DNA of 64,000 nt, taken from positions 299,460,001 to 299,524,000 of the forward strand of contig OZ024741.1 of NCBI GenBank assembly GCA_964016885.1, read 5' to 3'. Origin of the DNA: Eledone cirrhosa. Lineage: Eukaryota. Position numbers and translations under genes: made by a program. This document shows positions 44,152 through 56,191 of this stretch, one piece after another. Below the pieces are notes generated by a model. It searched no databases and was not told the DNA's origin. It saw only the letters and a program-made list of their open reading frames with translations. The first letter of the stretch is position 1. Each line of letters begins with the position of its first letter.

Positions 44152-44679
44152 GGGAAGAAGACGCACGAGGTGACGGAGGTCATGAAATCGCTCCCGTAAG
44201 TTTTGAATTTTTAACATATTTAAATCATTTGTGAAATAACAACTCTTAGTACAAATGCTACGTAAAGCACCCGGCTTGAGCCCCAAAAAATTCGGACCCA
44301 AAATATATTGTTATAAGGCTCAAATATTCAAATGTTCAACTTTGTATTGTACACTGTATATCCAAAAAAAAATGGCTATAAATGGAAGAAGAAGAACCCC
44401 CCCCCTCCTCTCCTCTGGCTACACTATATAGGACAGCTAAACTCACCAACACCAGAAACTAGATACACCGCCCACCCCATCATCTGTGTACACTAAACAC
44501 AACAGCATTTTCACCTTCACCGCCACCGCTCACTACGGCCATCATTGCCACCGCTGTCCCATCACCGCCGCCACCACCCCCTGACTCCTTCACTGCTGCT
44601 GCCACCGCTACAGCACCATCACTACAGTAATACGGCTCAAATATTCAAATATTCAACTTTGTATTGTACACTGTATATC

Positions 44680-44721
<42 letters not shown>

Positions 44722-47700
44722 AAATGGCTATAAATGGAAGAAGAAGAACCCCCCCCTCCTCTCCTCTGGCTACACTATATAGGACAGCGAAACTCACCAA
44801 CACCAGAAACTAGATACACCACCCACCCCATCATCTGTGTACACTAAACACAACAGCATTTTCACCTTCACCGCCACCGCTCACTACGGCCATCATTGCC
44901 ACCGCTGTCCCATCACCGCCGCCACCACCCCCTGACTCCTTCACTGCTGCTGCCACCGCTACAGCACCATCACTACAGTAATACGGTCGCATCACCGCCA
45001 CCGCTGCCTCGGTATCGACATCACCGCCACCACTGTCTCAGTATCGCCAACGCCGCTAGTCTCTGCTGGCTACCATTTCCACATTATAGAATTCCTACTA
45101 CTAACAAAGAGGAAGGCATCAAAATATATAGATAGACTCAAAAGAAAAAAGAAAAAACAAACAACAAAAGCAGCACAGCAACAACAGTAAAAAACGAGAA
45201 AAACAGAGAAAAACAAAAACAAAAAAAGAAACCCCAAAAACGTAAAGAAAATAAGAATGAAGAGAGAAGCAGGCGGACGGACAGAGAAGAGGGGGGGAAA
45301 AGTAAAACTTAAAAAACAAAAACTAAGTCGGACATTCGAATACTACATTACAATGAAACTTATGCTTATTCATTTTTGGGGCCCTTTCTGCCCGTGTGTT
45401 TGTTTGTTTATGTGTGTCCGTATACAGCGTGGTGATAATGCCACACAAGGGCCAAGTGGGATGGCGGATCCACAGATGGCTATGTAAACATACATTCGCC
45501 AATCCTCGATAAGAGTGTTTAAATATCGAACATAAACAGTTCGAATAACGGTGAAATGGAGACTAGAACGTCATGTGACAGACTCTCACCCAACAGGTGC
45601 CCCCTGGCTCAGCAGCAGGAACCTGACTGTCAACGAAATACTGCTGATGTTGGAGGAAGAAGAAGAAGGAAAGGGGCCAGAACCAACTGGACGAAAGAAT
45701 TGAATAGAACTGTTATGCAATGCTACCTGAAAAGTAACCCCAAGGAGAGGGGCTACAGGAGACGGATGCATAACATCTGGAACGAGATTGGTTTATTTAA
45801 ATTAGATGAACAAAAATTGGCCGGGCAGGCTCGGGTAATAAGAACTAATGGGTGGATAAGCGAGCTGGAACTGGAGGAACTGAGCAGAGAGAATGGCTTG
45901 GAGATGGCGGGTGTAGTATGCCAGACAAGCGAGCCGGCGGGAAATGAAGGTGAGGAGGTCCTGAGAGCGGAGGAACCACCCGAAGCAGACAATGATCTGA
46001 ATACTGAGATAAATAATACCTGGAACAGAGATACGGCCACTGAGGAGATGAATGCTGACGGGCTAGGACAAGATTCGGTTGACATCCTAAATTTAGTGGT
46101 AGATGAGTTGAACAATGATAGTGGGAGACCTATGAACCTAAGATTTGTAGACAGGAAAAAGTTAAAAGAAACAACAGCTAAGGTAAACAAAGTCATCCCA
46201 TACCTTGAGGCGAGGAGTCTTCACCAGTGCAACAATATCCTCAAAGCAACAGCAAATACGGTGAGGAAACTACTTGGTATAAAAGCGAGAGGAAACAACA
46301 GACAAGAAAGAGCAGAGCCGTGGTGGAAGAAGCGACTGAGTGGGCAAATCGGGGAAATGAGAAATGACATAGGAAAGCTTGAGTCACTACTGAATGGGAC
46401 ACTAAAAAACATAGGCACTAAAAATAGACTGGAAATAAAATACAAAACTAGGAGTAAAAAGCTAAATATTATCATAGAGGAATTGAAGCAACGCATTGTA
46501 GCAAAGAGTGCCAAAATCAGGCGATACGAGAACAGAGTCAGTCAGTATAAACAGAACCGCATGTTCGACAACAACCAGAAGATGCTGTTTGGACAGCTTG
46601 AGGGGAAAGAAAGAGGCACCGACTTGATCCCTGGGGCGGAACAAGCTAAAACATTCTGGAGAGGAATATGGGAGCAGGATGTTAGACACAATGCCCAGGC
46701 AGGGTGGATTGAGACAGTACAGAGGGAGATCGGTGAGCAGGCACAGCAACAGACTGATTTGAGTATCACAGTTGAAACTCTTAAGGGGCAAGCCAAAAAA
46801 CTAACCAACTGGAGATCACCAGGCCCAGATGGTGTGCAGGGGTATTGGATTAAACATTTAACATCCCTCCACCCGAAGCTGACGGCCATGTTCAATGACT
46901 GCTTGGTGTCGGGTGAGGTGCCAGAGTGGTTGACAAAAGGTACCACAGTTCTGATAATGAAAGACCAAATCAAGGGTAATGATGTTACCAACTATAGACC
47001 TATCACATGTCTGCCCGTAATGTGGAAACTGTTGACGAGCATTGTGTCTGAGGAAATCTACCATCACCTCCACACAAACAACTTGTTGCCGGACGAACAG
47101 AAAGGATGCCGAAAGAAGTCACGTGGTACAAAGGACCAGTTGCTTATTGATAAGATGGTAATGGGGAATTGCAGGAGGAGACACACTGATCTTGCCATGG
47201 GATGGATAGACTACAGAAAGGCATTTGACATGGTGCCTCATTCCTGGATCACCAAAAGCCTGGAGATCTTCAGGGTGGCAGATAACATCAGACAGTTGCT
47301 GGGCAGGAGTATGGGGTCCTGGGAGACAGAGTTGACATCAACTGGAGTATCCTTGGGAAGCGTGAAGATCAAGAGAGGTATCTTCCAGGGAGATAGCCTG
47401 TCCCCTCTGTTGTTTGTCCTTGCCCTGATGCCCTTGACCATTATGCTGCGAAAAGTGAGAGCAGGATACAAGTTGGGAAGGGGAGAGCTTACCATCAATC
47501 ACCTCCTCTTCATGGACGATCTTAAGCTCTTCGGGAAAAGTGAGAAGGAGTTGGATGTGCTTGTTGACACTGTCCGTATTTTCAGCAGTGATATATGTAT
47601 GCAGTTTGGTATTGGTAAATGTGGAGTCATTGTGATGAGGAGGGGTAGGTTGAGCAGAAGTAACGGGATCCAGATACCAACAGGTGAGATGATAAAGGAA

Positions 47701-49056
47701 ATTGACTCTGAGGAAGGATACAAGTATTTGGGCGTTCTGGAGGCTGATGGCATAAAGAACAAAAAAATGAAGGAATTGTTAAGAACTGAATACATTCGGA
47801 GAGTAAGGAGCGTATTGAAGTCACATCTGAACAGCAGAAATGCCATAAGCGCAGTAAATTCCCGAGCTGTGTCTATTATTAGGTACAGTGCGGGAATTCT
47901 GAGATGGAATGTTGCTGAACAAAAAGAAATGGATAGGAAGACTAGGAAGCTATTGACTATCTACAACATGTTCCACAAGAGGAGTGATGTCGATAGACTC
48001 TACCTAAGGAGATCTGAGGGTGGAAGAGGTCTTATCAGCATAGAGGACTGTGTTCAGATGGAGAAAAACAACCTATACAAATACGTGACCTATAGTAAGG
48101 AGCCAATGCTCAGAGCTGTACTGAAGGAGGGGACAGTAGGCCAGGGGATACCCAAGGAGGAAATAACATCAAGGAGGAAGAGCAGCCTTAAGGGAAAATC
48201 CCTTCATAGTACCTTCTTTGAGAAAACTGAATTTAGAGATCCACAGACATGGAACTGGTTGAGAAGAGGAGACCTCAAAAAGGCTACAGAAGGAATGCTA
48301 ATGGCTGCGCAGGAGCAGGCCCTCAAAACGAAGTGGTTGAAGCACCATATCTACAAGGAGGAGGCTAGCCCACTGTGCAGGATCTGTGGAGAGAGAGAGG
48401 AGACTGTGGCTCACATTGTGTCCGAGTGTAAACACCTAGCCCAGACCCACTATAAGGGCTGGAGACACGATGTGATGGGCAGGGTGATCCACTGGCACCT
48501 GTGCAAAGTAAACAATCTACCACATTCTGAGAAATGGTATGAGCATAGGCCAGAGGCGGTGATGGAGAACAATCAGGTGAAGGTGCTGTGGGATTTTAGG
48601 ATACAGACGGACAAAAAACTGGAACACAATAGACCTGACCTGGTGGTTGTGGACAAAGAAAAAAGATCGTGCCTGATTGTGGATGTGGCCTGCCCGTTCG
48701 ACACGAGAGTGCAAGAGAAGGAGAGGGAGAAAATTAACCGATACCAGGACCTAAAGTGGGAGGTGAAAAGGATTTGGAACTGCCATGAAGTCAAAGTGAT
48801 CCCGATTGTCATAGGCGCACTGGGGACTATCTCCAAAGGTTTCCAGGGATGGTTAAAGAAAATCGGCCCCTTCACGCTTTTTGGAACGCTTCAAAAGGCA
48901 TGCTTGCTTGGAACGGCAAGAACCCTCCGATACGTCCTGAATATCTGAGGCTGCAGGTAGTGGCTTGATATTCAATCCAACGGACTTTCCAGTTAACCAA
49001 CATCAATGACTGAGATTCAAGGAATAACAATAACAATAATAATAATAATAATAATA
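44152..49056 (+). mobile_element. R4/Dong-type non-LTR retrotransposon, copy 1 (5' boundary uncertain: 44152 or ~44305)
   Basis: Single intact ORF, ~75-bp 3' UTR, (AAC/AAT)n tail at 49023-49056; leader has a ~317-bp internal duplication (44317 and 44634). Confidence 0.85.
45556..48948 (+). CDS. 1130-aa RT + CCHC + restriction-like endonuclease polyprotein (R4/Dong type)
   Basis: SPGPDG, YRPITCL, IDYRKAFDMVPH, GIFQGDSLSPLLF, LFMDD, YKYLG, GGRGL, CRIC..ETVAHIVSEC, RHD, RPDLVV..VDVACPFD..EKINRY; no APE domain. Confidence 0.95.
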   Translation: METRTSCDRLSPNRCPLAQQQEPDCQRNTADVGGRRRRKGARTNWTKELNRTVMQCYLKSNPKERGYRRRMHNIWNEIGLFKLDEQKLAGQARVIRTNGWISELELEELSRENGLEMAGVVCQTSEPAGNEGEEVLRAEEPPEADNDLNTEINNTWNRDTATEEMNADGLGQDSVDILNLVVDELNNDSGRPMNLRFVDRKKLKETTAKVNKVIPYLEARSLHQCNNILKATANTVRKLLGIKARGNNRQERAEPWWKKRLSGQIGEMRNDIGKLESLLNGTLKNIGTKNRLEIKYKTRSKKLNIIIEELKQRIVAKSAKIRRYENRVSQYKQNRMFDNNQKMLFGQLEGKERGTDLIPGAEQAKTFWRGIWEQDVRHNAQAGWIETVQREIGEQAQQQTDLSITVETLKGQAKKLTNWRSPGPDGVQGYWIKHLTSLHPKLTAMFNDCLVSGEVPEWLTKGTTVLIMKDQIKGNDVTNYRPITCLPVMWKLLTSIVSEEIYHHLHTNNLLPDEQKGCRKKSRGTKDQLLIDKMVMGNCRRRHTDLAMGWIDYRKAFDMVPHSWITKSLEIFRVADNIRQLLGRSMGSWETELTSTGVSLGSVKIKRGIFQGDSLSPLLFVLALMPLTIMLRKVRAGYKLGRGELTINHLLFMDDLKLFGKSEKELDVLVDTVRIFSSDICMQFGIGKCGVIVMRRGRLSRSNGIQIPTGEMIKEIDSEEGYKYLGVLEADGIKNKKMKELLRTEYIRRVRSVLKSHLNSRNAISAVNSRAVSIIRYSAGILRWNVAEQKEMDRKTRKLLTIYNMFHKRSDVDRLYLRRSEGGRGLISIEDCVQMEKNNLYKYVTYSKEPMLRAVLKEGTVGQGIPKEEITSRRKSSLKGKSLHSTFFEKTEFRDPQTWNWLRRGDLKKATEGMLMAAQEQALKTKWLKHHIYKEEASPLCRICGEREETVAHIVSECKHLAQTHYKGWRHDVMGRVIHWHLCKVNNLPHSEKWYEHRPEAVMENNQVKVLWDFRIQTDKKLEHNRPDLVVVDKEKRSCLIVDVACPFDTRVQEKEREKINRYQDLKWEVKRIWNCHEVKVIPIVIGALGTISKGFQGWLKKIGPFTLFGTLQKACLLGTARTLRYVLNI

Positions 49057-52000
49057 TTGTTATAAGGCTCAAATATTCAAATATTCAACTTTGTATTGTA
49101 CACTGTATATCCCAAAAAAATGGCTATAAATGGAAGAAGAAGAACCCCCCCCCCTCCTCTCCTCTGGCTACACTATATAGGACAGCTAAACTCACCAACA
49201 CCATAAACTAGATACACCACCCATCCCATCATCTGTGTACACTAAACACAACAGCATTTTCACCTTCACCGCCACCGCTCACTACGGCCATCATTACCAC
49301 CACTATCCCATCACCGCCGCCACCACCCCTTGACTCCTTCACTGCTGCTGCCACCGCTACAGCACCATCACTACAGTAATACGGTCGCATCACCGCCACC
49401 ACTGCCTCGGTATCGACATCACCACCACCACTGTCTCAGTATCGCCAACGCCGCCAGTCTCTGCTGGCTGCCACTTCCACATTATAGAATTCCTACTACT
49501 AACAAAGAGGAAGGCATCAAAATATATAGATAGACTCAAAAGAAAAAAGAAAAAACAAACAACAAAAGCAGCACAGCAACAACAGCAAAAAACGAGAAAA
49601 ACAAACAGAGAAAAACAAAAACAAAAAAAAGAAACCCCCAAAACGTAAAGAAAATAAGAATGAAGAGAGAAGCAGGCGGACGGACAGAGAAGAGGGGGGA
49701 AAAAGTAAAACTTAAAAAACAAAAACTAAGTCAGACATTCGAATACTACATTACAATGAAACTTATGCTTATTCATTTTTGGGGCCCTTTCTGCCCGTGT
49801 GTTTGTTTGTTTATGTGTGTCCGTATACAGCGTGGTGATAATGCCACACAAGGGCCAAGTGGGATGGCGGATCCACAGATGGCTATGTAAACATACATTC
49901 GCCAATCCTCGATAAGAGTGTTTAAATATCGAACATAAACAGTTCGAATAACGGTGAAATGGAGACTAGAACGTCATGTGACAGACTCTCACCCAACAGG
50001 TGCCCCCTGGCTCAGCAGCAGGAACCTGACTGTCAACGAAATACTGCTGATGTTGGAGGAAGAAGAAGAAGGAAAGGGGCCAGAACCAACTGGACGAAAG
50101 AATTGAATAGAACTGTTATGCAATGCTACCTGAAAAGTAACCCCAAGGAGAGGGGCTACAGGAGACGGATGCATAACATCTGGAACGAGATTGGTTTATT
50201 TAAATTAGATGAACAAAAATTGGCCGGGCAGGCTCGGGTAATAAGAACTAATGGGTGGATAAGCGAGCTGGAACTGGAGGAACTGAGCAGAGAGAATGGC
50301 TTGGAGATGGCGGGTGTAGTATGCCAGACAAGCGAGCCGGCGGGAAATGAAGGTGAGGAGGTCCTGAGAACGGAGGAACCACCCGAAGCAGACAATGATC
50401 TGAATACTGAGATAAATAATACCTGGAACAGAGATACGGCCACTGAGGAGATGAATGCTGACGGGCTAGGACAAGATTCGGTTGACATCCTAAATTTAGT
50501 GGTAGATGAGTTGAACAATGATAGTGGGAGACCTATGAACCTAAGATTTGTAGACAGGAAAAAGTTAAAAGAAACAACAGCTAAGGTAAACAAAGTCATC
50601 CCATACCTTGAGGTGAGGAGTCTTCACCAGTGCAACAATATCCTCAAAGCAACAGCAAATACGGTGAGGAAACTACTTGGTATAAAAGCGAGAGGAAACA
50701 ACAGACAAGAAAGAGCAGAGCCGTGGTGGAAGAAGCGACTGAGTGGGCAAATCGGGGAAATAAGAAATGACATAGGAAAGCTTGAGTCACTACTGAATGG
50801 GACACTAAAAAACATAGGCACTAAAAATAGACTGGAAATAAAATACAAAACTAGGAGTAAAAAGCTAAATATTATCATAGAGGAATTGAAGCAACGCATT
50901 GTAGCAAAGAGTGCCAAAATCAGGCGATACGAGAACAGAGTCAGTCAGTATAAACAGAACCGCATGTTCGACAACAACCAGAAGATGCTGTTTGGACAGC
51001 TTGAGGGGAAAGAAAGAGGCAACGACTTGATCCCTGGGGCGGAACAAGCTAAAACATTCTGGAGAGGAATATGGGAGCAGGATGTTAGACACAATGCCCA
51101 GGCAGGGTGGATTGAGACAGTACAGAGGGAGATCGGTGAGCAGGCACAGCAACAGACTGATTTGAATATCACAGTTGAAACTCTTAAGGGGCAAGCCAAA
51201 AAACTAACCAACTGGAAATCACCAGGCCCAGATGGTGTGCAGGGGTATTGGATTAAACATTTAACATCCCTCCACCCGAAGCTGACGGCCATGTTCAATG
51301 ACTGCTTGGTGTCGGGTGAGGTGCCAGAGTGGTTGACAAAAGGTACCACAGTTCTGATAATGAAAGACCGAATCAAGGGTAATGATGTTACCAAATATAG
51401 ACCTATCACATGTCTGCCCGTAATGTGGAAACTGTTGACGAGCATTGTGTCTGAGGAAATCTACCATCACCACCACACAAACAACTTGTTACCGGACGAA
51501 CAGAAAGGATGCCGAAAGAAGTCACGTGGTACAAAGGACCAGTTGCTTATTGATAAGATGGTAATGGGGAATTGCAGGAGGAGACACACTGATCTTGCCA
51601 TGGGATGGATAGACTACAGAAAGGCATTTGACATGGTGCCTCATTCCTGGATCACCAAAAGCCTGGAGATCTTCAGGGTGGCAGATAACATCAGACAGTT
51701 GCTGGGCAGGAGTATGGGGTCCTGGGAGACAGAGTTGACATCAACTGGAGTATCTTTGGGAAGCGTGAAGATCAAGAGAGGTATCTTCCAGGGAGATAGC
51801 CTGTCCCCTCTGTTGTTTGTCCTTGCCCTGATGCCCTTGACCATTATGCTGCGAAAAGTGAGAGCAGGATACAAGTTGGGAAGGGGAGAGCTTACCATCA
51901 ATCACCTCCTCTTCATGGACGATCTTAAGCTCTTCGGGAAAAGTGAGAAGGAGTTGGATGTGCTTGTTGACACTGTCCGTATTTTCAGCAGTGATATATG

Positions 52001-53461
52001 TATGCAGTTTGGTATTGGTAAATGTGGAGTCATTGTGATGAGGAGGGGTAGGTTGAGCAGAAGTAACGGGATCCAGATACCAACAGGTGAGATGATAAAG
52101 GAAATTGACTCTGAGGAAGGATACAAGTATTTGGGCGTTCTGGAGGCTGATGGCATAAAGAACAAAAAAATGAAGGAATTGTTAAGAACTGAATACATTC
52201 GGAGAGTAAGGAGCGTATTGAAGTCACATCTGAACAGCAGAAATGCCATAAGCGCAGTAAATTCCCGAGCTGTGTCTATTATTAGGTACAGTGCGGGAAT
52301 TCTGAGATGGAATGTTGCTGAACAAAAAGAAATGGATAGGAAGACTAGGAAGCTATTGACTATCTACAACATGTTCCACAAGAGGAGTGATGTCGATAGA
52401 CTCTACCTAAGGAGATCTGAGGGTGGAAGAGGTCTTATCAGCATAGAGGACTGTGTTCAGATGGAGAAAAACAACCTATACAAATACGTGACCTATAGTA
52501 AGGAGCCAATGCTCAGAGCTGTACTGAAGGAGGGGACAGTAGGCCAGGGTATATCCAAGGAGGAAATAACATCAAGGAGGAAGAGTAGCCTTAAGGGAAA
52601 ATCCCTTCATAGTACCTTCTTTGAGAAAACTGAATTTAGAGATCCACAGACATGGAACTGGTTGAGAAGAGGAGACCTCAAAAAGGCTACAGAAGGAATG
52701 CTAATGGCTGCGCAGGAGCAGGCCCTCAAAACGAAGTGGTTGAAGCACCATATCTACAAGGAGGAGGCTAGCCCACTGTGCAGGATCTGTGGAGAGAGAG
52801 AGGAGACTGTGGCTCACATTGTGTCCGAGTGTAAACACCTAGCCCAGACCCACTATAAGGGCTGGAGACACGATGTGATGGGCAGGGTGATCCACTGGCA
52901 CCTGTGCAAAGTAAACAATCTACCACATTCTGAGAAATGGTATGAGCATAGGCCAGAGGCGTTGATGGAGAACAGTCAGGTGAAGGTGCTGTGGGATTTT
53001 AGGATACAGACGGACAAAAAACTGGAACACAATAGACCTGACCTGGTGGTTGTGGACAAAGAAAAAAGATCGTGCCTGATTGTGGATGTGGCCTGCCCGT
53101 TCGACACGAGAGTGCAAGAGAAGGAGAGGGAGAAAATTAACCGATACCAGGAGCTAAAGTGGGAGGTGAAAAGGATTTGGAACTGCCATGAAGTCAAAGT
53201 GATCCCGATTGTCATAGGCGCACTGGGGACTATCTCCAAAGGTTTCCAGGGATGGTTAAAGAAAATCGGCCCCTTCACGCTTTTTGGAACGCTTCAAAAG
53301 GCATGCTTGCTTGGAACGGCAAGAACCCTCCGATACGTCCTGAATATCTGAGGCTGCAGGTAGTGGCTTGATATTCAATCCAACGGACTTTCCAGTTAAC
53401 CAACATCAATGACTGAGATTCAAGGAATAACAATAACAATAATAATATTAATAATAATAAT
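49053..53461 (+). mobile_element. R4/Dong-type non-LTR retrotransposon, copy 2
   Basis: Starts within the (AAT)n tail of copy 1; ORF period 4403 bp; own (AAC/AAT)n tail at 53426-53461. Confidence 0.9.
49959..53351 (+). CDS. 1130-aa RT + CCHC + restriction-like endonuclease polyprotein (R4/Dong type)
   Basis: Same motifs as copy 1; about 13 amino-acid differences by eye. Confidence 0.95.
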   Translation: METRTSCDRLSPNRCPLAQQQEPDCQRNTADVGGRRRRKGARTNWTKELNRTVMQCYLKSNPKERGYRRRMHNIWNEIGLFKLDEQKLAGQARVIRTNGWISELELEELSRENGLEMAGVVCQTSEPAGNEGEEVLRTEEPPEADNDLNTEINNTWNRDTATEEMNADGLGQDSVDILNLVVDELNNDSGRPMNLRFVDRKKLKETTAKVNKVIPYLEVRSLHQCNNILKATANTVRKLLGIKARGNNRQERAEPWWKKRLSGQIGEIRNDIGKLESLLNGTLKNIGTKNRLEIKYKTRSKKLNIIIEELKQRIVAKSAKIRRYENRVSQYKQNRMFDNNQKMLFGQLEGKERGNDLIPGAEQAKTFWRGIWEQDVRHNAQAGWIETVQREIGEQAQQQTDLNITVETLKGQAKKLTNWKSPGPDGVQGYWIKHLTSLHPKLTAMFNDCLVSGEVPEWLTKGTTVLIMKDRIKGNDVTKYRPITCLPVMWKLLTSIVSEEIYHHHHTNNLLPDEQKGCRKKSRGTKDQLLIDKMVMGNCRRRHTDLAMGWIDYRKAFDMVPHSWITKSLEIFRVADNIRQLLGRSMGSWETELTSTGVSLGSVKIKRGIFQGDSLSPLLFVLALMPLTIMLRKVRAGYKLGRGELTINHLLFMDDLKLFGKSEKELDVLVDTVRIFSSDICMQFGIGKCGVIVMRRGRLSRSNGIQIPTGEMIKEIDSEEGYKYLGVLEADGIKNKKMKELLRTEYIRRVRSVLKSHLNSRNAISAVNSRAVSIIRYSAGILRWNVAEQKEMDRKTRKLLTIYNMFHKRSDVDRLYLRRSEGGRGLISIEDCVQMEKNNLYKYVTYSKEPMLRAVLKEGTVGQGISKEEITSRRKSSLKGKSLHSTFFEKTEFRDPQTWNWLRRGDLKKATEGMLMAAQEQALKTKWLKHHIYKEEASPLCRICGEREETVAHIVSECKHLAQTHYKGWRHDVMGRVIHWHLCKVNNLPHSEKWYEHRPEALMENSQVKVLWDFRIQTDKKLEHNRPDLVVVDKEKRSCLIVDVACPFDTRVQEKEREKINRYQELKWEVKRIWNCHEVKVIPIVIGALGTISKGFQGWLKKIGPFTLFGTLQKACLLGTARTLRYVLNI

Positions 53462-53604
53462 GTCCGTTTACAATTGTTTCGCTACTCCATATGATATTTC
53501 TGGATCAGATGACTATATATCATAATTGATCTGGTTCAGTTGAAAATAATTGACATATTTAAAAGACAGAGCTGCTCATCGGAACTTCAAAGGAACATAA
53601 ATTA

Positions 53605-53792
53605 AAATAATTGTTTCTACTTTTGGCACAAGGCCAGCAATTACCCAGTGTATTACTGGTACTTTATTTTATCGACCCCGTAAGGATGAAAGGCAAAGTC
53701 AACCTCGGCGGGATTTGAACTCAGAATGGCAAGGGCCGTAGCTCTATGCGTCAAAGCATGGCGTCCGACCCTCTACCGATACTGCCAATCCA
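53605..53792 (-). mobile_element. tRNA-derived SINE, best-preserved copy
   Basis: Minus strand TGGCAGTATCGG (A box), GAGTTCAAATCCC (B box), gcctttcatccttacggggtcgataaaataaagtaccag, tail gccttgtgccaaaagtagaaacaattattt. Confidence 0.9.
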
Positions 53793-53812
53793 ATGTTACA
53801 TAATATAATGTT

Positions 53813-53859
<47 letters not shown>

Positions 53860-55493
53860 TATACATGTGTGTATATATATATATATGCACACACAAGTAC
53901 ACACACACACACATGTACACCCACACACACAAATACACACATACACACGCACACAGACACGAACGCACACATATATATATATATATATACATATATACGT
54001 ATATGCTTATACATGTAGACATGTATATATATATATATACACACATACATACATATGTATACATATATATAATCTATTCGGAAGTAATTCTTTCTGAAAA
54101 CAATATTGTAAAGCAGACAGAATGTATAACGTATCCTCAGGGGATATTGTCTGTGGAAAAAATTATAAACAGATCGGTGGGGGCTGGAACAGATCATTGT
54201 TAATGTATAGCAATATGAATAGGCTGCCGCAATATTTAAGCACGACGGTGAGGATTTGGTAAATATCGAAGATTTGTCTGATATTCTTTCTTTAAACAAA
54301 GCAATATAATGTAAAATAAAAGACATTCCCGAAGAAGTAGAAGAAAGGAAGCAGAGAGAAAGAGATAAAGATGTAGAAAATATATCAAAAATAAAAACGT
54401 AACATTAAAAAGTCTCCTTATTGACATTAATAGTTTGAAGAAAACATTAATGTTGATTTGGTGAACTGTAGAATTGATATATTGTTATGATGCACTGAAT
54501 TGAATACACTTAAATTCAGCAGGGAGGATTATTATTATTTTTATTTCAGGAGATAAAGCGTAATGGAGAATAGTTGTGGAGAGGTTGGGGGTAGAAACCA
54601 AAAGTGCTAGTGGTAGAGGGAGAGACGAAGTGGGTGATTATAGGATAGATGTAAAAATGGAAAGACGGAGCGTTTGTGGGAGGGGAAGTGGATTCAATAT
54701 ACAAAACAGAAAAAAAAAATCACAAATTATTAATAATATTAGTATTACTAAGTATTAATATATCCGGTGCTTGAAAATAATGGTTCGTTTAAAAATATTT
54801 TCGTTAAATTGTTTTCACAACTGCCAAAGAGATTTTGAATTTATAAACATGCGAAATCAATGCACAGAAGTAATTTTGTTCAGATTTATATTTGGTTTGT
54901 CTAATTTTGAACTATTTTTATCCTTGTTTGTTTCATATCAAATATATTTTTTCTGCCAGTGCGTTGCCAAGATTTCCTGCGTTGTTCCTAGTTGATAACA
55001 CGTAAATAAATTCTAATAGTTTTTAAAAGAAAATTATATCGGTCATGTTATATGCACTGTTAGGAGGTTATGAATATGTGTGGCTTAAGAGTATCTTTTC
55101 GTAAATGTACATTTTGACCCATCTAGGTTCACTGGATTTAACTTGTAAAGCAATCAGTAAAATGAAAGCTTCTAGCACTCGGGCTACCATATTCACGGAT
55201 AACCACACACTTGTTTAGGAGGTTTAGTTCTTTTGCAGTTAGCAGTTCTTGGATGTTTTCGGTGTAAGGGTGATTGTTTTAGGACATGACTCACAGATCG
55301 GTGAAGATCTGAAGCCGATACAAATCGCTACAGACGCCTGAATATGAAGCATTCAGGAGTTTTGAATTAGATATGAGATATCTCATTTCTATTTGGAATG
55401 AGTAAACTAAAAAAAAAGAGTAACTAAAAAAAAAAATACTGAATTAAGTAGGAAATTGGTGGAAAGACGAACTTTTAATCCATTAGAGTTGAA

Positions 55494-56191
55494 TTTCCAG
55501 AGTCCAATGAATCTTGTAAATTCACGTCAGTATGTTATTAGATTCAATTTTAAACTATTTCGTCTACATGTAATGGTCTAGTAGAAGCGATAGCGATTCC
55601 ACTTCAAAATACGGTGGTTGTGGATTATTATATAGTTAAGAATGACGGATATATCGACACGGATCTCGTGGCCAAGTGTGCTGAAAATCAATGTTGACAC
55701 TGCGCTGTTATTTAGCTGGCTAGTAATTTTTGGAGAATAATATTACATTTAATGTAAAACGGGCAAGAGACTGAGCATTCCACAGACAGGCATATCTTTA
55801 ACGTAGTTCCCAGGAATGTTCAGCGTGACAACGTTGGCCTTTGTCTATAAGCTGATGGGAATGGAGCAACATGAAATAAAGAGTCTTGTTCAAGGACACA
55901 ATGCGTGGCCGGGAATCGGGTACCCTAAGTACTAAAGTATGCTCTTTCACTTTCAACGTAAACTGACTAGATAATTAACATTATCGTTAATATATATCCA
56001 TAGTCAAGAGATTTTATAACACTACTATTGGATTTCATGAGTAAAAATATGTTTTACAAAGGTGTAGGAGATACAACTGTCAGCTCAGCGAAACCCGTGT
56101 AGAACTGGTAACAGACGCATGTCACGCGTGAAATATAATCTCATGTTAGATGACACATTAAATGCTGTAGTAATCAGCATTATAAAACATT
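55494..56191 (+). repeat. Left arm of a ~698-bp inverted duplication
   Basis: Reverse complement of 57515-58212 with about 3 mismatches by eye. Confidence 0.92.

Noticed and set aside
45586-53278. Many minus-strand ORFs inside the R4/Dong elements
   Set aside because: Antisense shadows of the long plus-strand ORFs.
53605-53792. tRNA gene suggested by A and B boxes
   Set aside because: No cloverleaf; multi-copy with central domain and simple tail, so a SINE.
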